A stretch of DNA of 40,970 nucleotides from a virus (lineage: Duplodnaviria; Caudoviricetes): positions 1 through 40,970 of the IMG/VR virus record IMGVR_UViG_3300011438_000017, one strand, 5' to 3'. A program made the position numbers and the translations under genes. The notes below the pieces were generated by a model. It had not been told where the DNA came from and did no database searches. It saw nothing but the letters and a program-made list of their open reading frames with translations. Shown in pieces: positions 36,212-40,970 of this stretch (the first letter of the stretch is position 1; the number at the start of each line of letters is the position of its first letter).

Positions 36212-37231
36212 CTACGACGCACGCGATTCGGCCAGCCGCCGCATGTGGGTCGCCAAGCCTCTGAGGTCGCCCTGTTGGAGGGCGGGGGGCTTCGGTTCCC
36301 CGGCGTTGTTGGTCGGATGGACGGACCCCGCCGCCGTGCGGGCTTTGCGTTGTAAATCGGTCAGGACTCTCGCCTCCGAGGAGCGCCCGAGCGTCGGGAA
36401 GACGTGCGTCTGGAGGACCGTGGTGTAGGCCTGGTAGAGCGCCGCCACCGCGCCGATCCGATCCACGATCGACGGATCGGCCTCCAGCATCGTCTGCATC
36501 TGGTCACGGATCGCGCTTTCGTGGTCCGTGAAGTGCGGGAGGGCGCGGGCCTGGGTCAGGGTGTCGGTCGCCTGACTCGTCGCTTCGGCCCGCACCGCCG
36601 CCTGCGCCCGGGACTGCTGCTCGGTCTGGACAAACCCGAGCACCGGGGCGAGTTCCCGCAGCAGCGATTCTTTGAGCTTCGCTTCCTTCCGCGCCCAGAG
36701 TTTCTGGAGCGTCTGATCGGAGTAGGTCTTGTATTTCCCATCCTCCGAGATTAGATCCGGCTCTGGGTCGGCTTCTTCCTGTTGAGGCTGCGTGTGGGTG
36801 ATCCCGAGTTCGCGTCCCAGATCCGCATGAAACGCCCGTGCATCCTGTCGCAGTCGTTGCACCAGCGTGACCGCTGACTGCACATCCTGGGGCTTGAAAT
36901 CCGTGGGCACCACTTGCTTCACCCACGCATACTTGCCTTCGACTTCGGCCCGCGCATTTCTGACCGCGGCTTGGATCCGATGCTCTGGAGCTTCCCCCGT
37001 CTTCTGGGGGTCCACCGCTCCTGGCTGACTTGTCGCGACAGCCGTCGATACCTCTGGCGTGCTGAGGTCAGGAGACGTGGGGGTGCCAGGGGCCGCCTGG
37101 TCGCCGGCTGCGGGTGACGACTCCGCAGAGACCTTCTCCAAGGACGCCAACGCAGACGGCGCGGTCGTCGTGACCGGCGCGGCGCTGGAGGTCTCAGAGG
37201 TGGTCCCGTTATCGATGACTTCGTCCATCAA
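36212..37231 (-). CDS. Scaffolding protein
   Basis: Disordered acidic N-terminus and helical body; directly upstream of the MCP. Confidence 0.75.
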   Translation of the reverse strand: MMDEVIDNGTTSETSSAAPVTTTAPSALASLEKVSAESSPAAGDQAAPGTPTSPDLSTPEVSTAVATSQPGAVDPQKTGEAPEHRIQAAVRNARAEVEGKYAWVKQVVPTDFKPQDVQSAVTLVQRLRQDARAFHADLGRELGITHTQPQQEEADPEPDLISEDGKYKTYSDQTLQKLWARKEAKLKESLLRELAPVLGFVQTEQQSRAQAAVRAEATSQATDTLTQARALPHFTDHESAIRDQMQTMLEADPSIVDRIGAVAALYQAYTTVLQTHVFPTLGRSSEARVLTDLQRKARTAAGSVHPTNNAGEPKPPALQQGDLRGLATHMRRLAESRAS

Positions 37232-37389
37232 CTACTCTCCGCACCCTGTCTCGCACGGGTGCCCTCGCTACGGTCGTTCACGCTCAGGGACCGGGAACGT
37301 GTAGGGGCGCCCACAGGCCGCACACTCCACCCGGCCACTCGGTTTCTCAATCCACGCCGTCTGCCCACAGCGGCAGGGCACGTCCGTGC

Positions 37390-37635
37390 TCATCGCATCC
37401 AGGCCGGAATGAAGGCGCGGTATTCCCGACAGCCGCAGGCGACGGAAAAAACCTCCCGGGTGCCGTCGTTCTGGCCGTGCAGGGTCTCATCGCACTTCGG
37501 ACAGACCACCGCGAAGCCGTATTTCGTGGCGACGTCCGCAAAGGCCGCCATCACGCCCATTTCCTCTTTTGACAGGGTGACCACGCCCCGCTGCCGCTTG
37601 GCGACGGCGCCCGGGATCCAGAGGTCAGCGCCCAT
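37390..37635 (-). CDS. Small Zn-binding protein
   Basis: AGGAG RBS; CPKC...CGC. Confidence 0.65.
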   Translation of the reverse strand: MGADLWIPGAVAKRQRGVVTLSKEEMGVMAAFADVATKYGFAVVCPKCDETLHGQNDGTREVFSVACGCREYRAFIPAWMR

Positions 37636-38080
37636 AGGTCTCCTGCAAGGAGATCGCTTCCGCGGTCGAGAGGGTCGTCTCAAAGCGATTCACGAACGTG
37701 CGGTCGAACCACGCCTGGGACGTGTCCGTCCCGGCCTTCTGCCCCTGGCGCTCCACGAGGATCCGGGCGTTCTCCAGCGTCTGCGCGTCGATGGACCGTG
37801 ACCAGTCCGTCGTGTGCGGGCTCTTGTCGGTGCCGGGAACCGGGACGTGCCGCACCATCGGCTGCAAGCCACGCTGTTTCGCGAGCCGCAGCCGCTCGGA
37901 TTCGGAGTAGACCTTCACCGGTTCCGGGCCGAGGTTCTCGATCCAGATCCCGCCGGGATACTCGTCCTTCAGATTGGTCCCGCCGCCCTTCCCGTGCGGA
38001 CATCCCGGCCAGTCGCCCGTGACGCGCAGGGCGCCGCAGCCGGTGCAGGTATTCGTGGTGTAGTCGATGTCGTGGAACAT
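37625..38080 (-). CDS. Hypothetical head-region protein with Cys motif
   Basis: TGATG overlap; CTGC..GDWPGCPHG...ENLGPEPV.VYS. Confidence 0.7.
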   Translation of the reverse strand: MFHDIDYTTNTCTGCGALRVTGDWPGCPHGKGGGTNLKDEYPGGIWIENLGPEPVKVYSESERLRLAKQRGLQPMVRHVPVPGTDKSPHTTDWSRSIDAQTLENARILVERQGQKAGTDTSQAWFDRTFVNRFETTLSTAEAISLQETYGR

Positions 38081-38448
38081 CAGTGTGTCGCCATCAGCGC
38101 CAGGAGCGCATCCTTCACCATCGCTTGCGGGAGCCGGGACGATCCGCGGGAGGTCGTCAGGAGATCCGCGCCGTTCGGCACGTACTGCTCCCCGACCCAG
38201 CGGCCCCCATCGGCCGGTCCCGCGGAATACTGCGACTCCTGCGAGAACGTCGGATGCCCGTGCTGCTTGTAGGTATCCGTGAAATGATCCTCGCCAAATT
38301 TGATCGGGGTGTTCCCGTGTTCTTTCCAGTAGCCGCGATAGTCGTAGCGACTGTCCGGATGATCGACGTCGGTGATCCGATTCGCCTTCGCCCACGTTTG
38401 GAACGCCGACTCCTCCGCAGGGGCGAGGCGGGTGACTTCGGCCATCAC
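38080..38448 (-). CDS. Hypothetical protein
   Basis: YDYRGYW...HFTDTYK..GHPTFS.ES.Y; coupled to the portal stop. Confidence 0.75.
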   Translation of the reverse strand: MMAEVTRLAPAEESAFQTWAKANRITDVDHPDSRYDYRGYWKEHGNTPIKFGEDHFTDTYKQHGHPTFSQESQYSAGPADGGRWVGEQYVPNGADLLTTSRGSSRLPQAMVKDALLALMATH

Positions 38449-40511
38449 ATCACCTTCTGCTGCGGGGTGGGCGGATGCGGAGCGCCGCCGCCGGCCTGCT
38501 CATCGCGATGATTGCTGGCTCCCGGCGCGTTCTGCGTCCCACCGGATTTGGCCGCCTCGTGGTCGTTCACCGTCTCGCCTGGGCCGCCGTGCGGCGGCTG
38601 CATCGCCATCAGCGCCGGGTCCAGCACAATCTGCGAGGGGTCGTAGCCGAACTGCCGCGCGAGGCGCTTCAGGATCACCGTGCGGTTCACCATCGGGTCT
38701 TGCGCCACGAGGTTGTAGAAGTTCAGGTTCTGCTGCCGGTCCTTCGCGGTGTCGATCCGCAACTGGGAATCCGGCTTGATGTCGTACAGGAACCGGCCCG
38801 AGATGATCTGGTTGTTCCAGAGGGCGATCTTCTTCGCGCCGGCCGGTCCCGCGATGTGGACGTAGTCGTCTTCCGTCGCGTACCGCATCAACAGCGCATC
38901 GATCTTCCGCGCCACCGTCAGGTAGAAATCGATGACCCGGCTTTGTTCTTTCTCGTTGCGCGAGGCGACCGCGGTCGCGACCGAGGCGATCTCGGTGGCG
39001 GTGCGGACGGTCTCTTCGGTCGAGCCCGCCGAGTTCGAGCTGATGCCGAGCGTTTCATCGAGGGCTTGCTTCTGGGCCGCGACGGTGCGGTAGTCATCGG
39101 GCGTGGCGTGGAGTTGCGCGGTCGGCGCACAGAGCGCCCCGACGCCTTTCTCCAGCCGTCCTTCCGCCACCTTGATGTACTCGCCCACGCCCGCATTCTT
39201 CAACTGGTCGATCTCGCCGTCCTCGAACGCGCCGGCATCCACGAGATACTTGCCGATCGCCGCATCGCGCAGGAGTACCGACTGCCGCGCATGCGTGTTG
39301 ATCTGCTTGACCTGGCTGTTGGTGAACGCGGCGTCGGACTGCGGGAAGGGCGAATCCGCGAGGTCACGAATCGTCAGCGGCGTCAGCGGATTGCCGAGCA
39401 TCGAGTCTTCGGTCAGCTTCCCCTGCGCGTCGAATTCCTGATCGGGCGAGGGCCGCCACACGACCGGCCGGTCGTTGATGCCGTCGATGAACACCAACTG
39501 GTTGATCGCCTGCGGATGGCGCTCGTCGGTGAAGAGGGACGCCTTGCAGAAGATCTCCGTGCCGCAGACCAGTCCCATCCGATCGTCGTCGCCGCTCTGT
39601 TTGTCCTCGTCGTACTCCGCGAGCTTGTCGTCCTTCGTGGCCTTGCCGACTTCGTCTTCGGTCAGGCCGAACTTCTGCCTCGCCTGCTTCGGGCGCATGT
39701 AGAACTTGTGCCCCTGCCACGCGGCGTCCTCGTCGTACCGCGTCGAGTGCAGATCGCCGCTACAGAGGTACTTCTTCGGGCTGATGCGCCGGCAGTACCA
39801 GTCCTCCCAGATGGGCACCTGAATGGTGTCCATCACGGGCTGACCGGTCAGCGGATCCACGGCGGGCACCATCTGGGGCGGGACGCCGGGTTGCGGCGGG
39901 TTCAGGGGATCGAACGGGGCAGGGACCAGGCGCGGCTGCTGGACGGGCTTGAGGACGACGTCGTAGCCGACTTTGCAGATCCCGATGCCGGACCACGCGA
40001 GCACATCGAACAGGAGTTCGTCCACCAGGCGCGTGGCGTTGATGCCTTCGCGCCCGAGCTTCAGGTTCAGGACTTCCTGCTTGATGGTGACGACGTCTTC
40101 CATCGTCAGGATCACCGGCATCCCCGTCTGGGGATCGACGCTCTGCTGCGTCACGAGGCCGATGCCCCGCGGCGTCAGTTGCAGGTCGGGATTGCGGTAG
40201 AACAGTTGGCCGAGCTTCGTGTGGACGTTGCGGAAGTGCAGGTTGACCTTCACCGCTTCGGCCGCGCCCGTCGATTCCACGACCGGGAGGTACTCCTTGA
40301 TGAGCACGTCCCACTTGTCCGCATACGCCTTCGTGCGCTGCTCGGCCTGCTGGATGCGTTGCAGCCACTCGGCCACCTCGTCGTGCGTCATCGGGAGCGT
40401 GACGAGCGTGGACGGGTCCGCGCCCGTCGCTACAGACGGCTCCACACCCGACGCGCCATCGGTCAGGTTGGCGGTCAGGGACGCCAGCGGGGTGGTCGAG
40501 TCGTCGTTCAA
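38445..40511 (-). CDS. Portal protein
   Basis: Large ORF after terL; GIGICKVGY and RTATE motifs. Start uncertain; TTG 40511 after AAGGAG chosen. Confidence 0.88.
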   Translation of the reverse strand: MNDDSTTPLASLTANLTDGASGVEPSVATGADPSTLVTLPMTHDEVAEWLQRIQQAEQRTKAYADKWDVLIKEYLPVVESTGAAEAVKVNLHFRNVHTKLGQLFYRNPDLQLTPRGIGLVTQQSVDPQTGMPVILTMEDVVTIKQEVLNLKLGREGINATRLVDELLFDVLAWSGIGICKVGYDVVLKPVQQPRLVPAPFDPLNPPQPGVPPQMVPAVDPLTGQPVMDTIQVPIWEDWYCRRISPKKYLCSGDLHSTRYDEDAAWQGHKFYMRPKQARQKFGLTEDEVGKATKDDKLAEYDEDKQSGDDDRMGLVCGTEIFCKASLFTDERHPQAINQLVFIDGINDRPVVWRPSPDQEFDAQGKLTEDSMLGNPLTPLTIRDLADSPFPQSDAAFTNSQVKQINTHARQSVLLRDAAIGKYLVDAGAFEDGEIDQLKNAGVGEYIKVAEGRLEKGVGALCAPTAQLHATPDDYRTVAAQKQALDETLGISSNSAGSTEETVRTATEIASVATAVASRNEKEQSRVIDFYLTVARKIDALLMRYATEDDYVHIAGPAGAKKIALWNNQIISGRFLYDIKPDSQLRIDTAKDRQQNLNFYNLVAQDPMVNRTVILKRLARQFGYDPSQIVLDPALMAMQPPHGGPGETVNDHEAAKSGGTQNAPGASNHRDEQAGGGAPHPPTPQQKVM

Positions 40512-40713
40512 CGGTCTCCTTGGCGTCTCCCACACGACAAACGGCGCGTCCTCCGCTCTCTTCAGAGCGATGAACACGCCGTCTGGTCGTGTGGTCCCTG
40601 ATGCGTGTGCCTGCGGAGGACGAGTCCGCGGTTCAGCCGGCCAGCCTAGGCACACGCGAGGAAAAACAGTCAGATCATCGAATTGAGGAACAGTCTACAG
40701 CATGTCCGTAGGA

Positions 40714-40742
40714 ATTTTAGTCCTCTTTTCTTGCACGGGCAA
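40714..40742 (-). promoter_or_regulatory. Sigma70-like promoter upstream of the portal gene
   Basis: TTGCCC-17-TAAAAT in an AT-rich patch just after the terL stop. Confidence 0.55.
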
Positions 40743-40746
40743 GACT

Positions 40747-40970
40747 TTACGCCACCATCCCCGCCGGCCGCGTCCCGGTCTGCTTCTGCATCGCTTTGAT
40801 CATCGCCGCGGGAGAATTCGCCGGCATCTCGGTCGGCCGCGCCTTGAACACGGTCGGAGACGGCCGCGCCATCACACCATACCGGTCACAATCCGCCGCG
40901 TGGTCTTCCCCGCTCGTATCGAGGTCGTCCGCATCGCCGGCATCCCGCACCAGGCCGGGGATCGTCCGAA
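40747..40970 (-). CDS. terL: Terminase large subunit, C-terminal part
   Basis: RTIPGLVRD...DDLDTSGEDHAADCDRYGVM matches the nuclease-domain DH..D..RY motif. Confidence 0.88.
   Translation of the reverse strand, partial: RTIPGLVRDAGDADDLDTSGEDHAADCDRYGVMARPSPTVFKARPTEMPANSPAAMIKAMQKQTGTRPAGMVA

Larger units (their letters stand above)
1..40970. mobile_element. Near-complete temperate podovirus-like phage genome, excised and circularly permuted
   Basis: Terminase, portal, scaffold, capsid, adaptor/nozzle, ejection proteins, integrase, cI/cro and attP are all present. No tape measure, tail tube or host genes. Both ends lie within terL. Confidence 0.95.

Noticed and set aside
18164-40601. Other long plus-strand ORFs (18164-19843, 24124-25725, 29897-31366, 38475-40601)
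   Set aside because: Arg/His-rich antisense shadows expected at high GC; the opposite strand carries recognisable genes.
40595-40670. Hammerhead ribozyme (CTGATG...GAAA around a branched stem)
   Set aside because: The core reads CTGATGC rather than CTGANGA, and I could not form the required flanking helices.
1-40970. Window ends joining into a complete circle
   Set aside because: The join happens to be in frame, but it gives a ~260-aa TerL with no Walker B or nuclease start, so several hundred bases are missing.

Overview
The whole window is a GC-rich temperate podovirus-type phage genome of about 41 kb, near-complete and circularly permuted. It starts and ends inside the large terminase gene, whose middle is missing. 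An intact attP carrying the 3' half of tRNA-fMet lies between the integrase and the lysis region, so this is the excised form rather than an integrated prophage. Modules: terminase genes (1-1289, 40747-40970); a plus-strand accessory operon (2008-3904); a leftward early operon with cro, xis-like, ERF, YqaJ, HNH, NinB-like, Dcm and DUF1376 replication genes (4282-12107); cI and int (12250-14518); a non-canonical lysis region (14763-17081); ejection proteins; tail; and head genes. The most unusual feature is a candidate 'phage mucin' system. Two glycosyltransferases with polypeptide-GalNAc-transferase-like motifs and a SAM methyltransferase sit inside the virion operon next to a Ser/Pro-repeat protein. 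That protein and a choice-of-anchor-L protein end in the same duplicated 117-aa domain, which looks like the detached C-terminus of the tail nozzle. Also notable are a dual-frame (alpha/beta) cytosine methyltransferase and structured RNA leaders before the portal and scaffold genes. All family assignments come from motif recognition by eye; no database searches were run.
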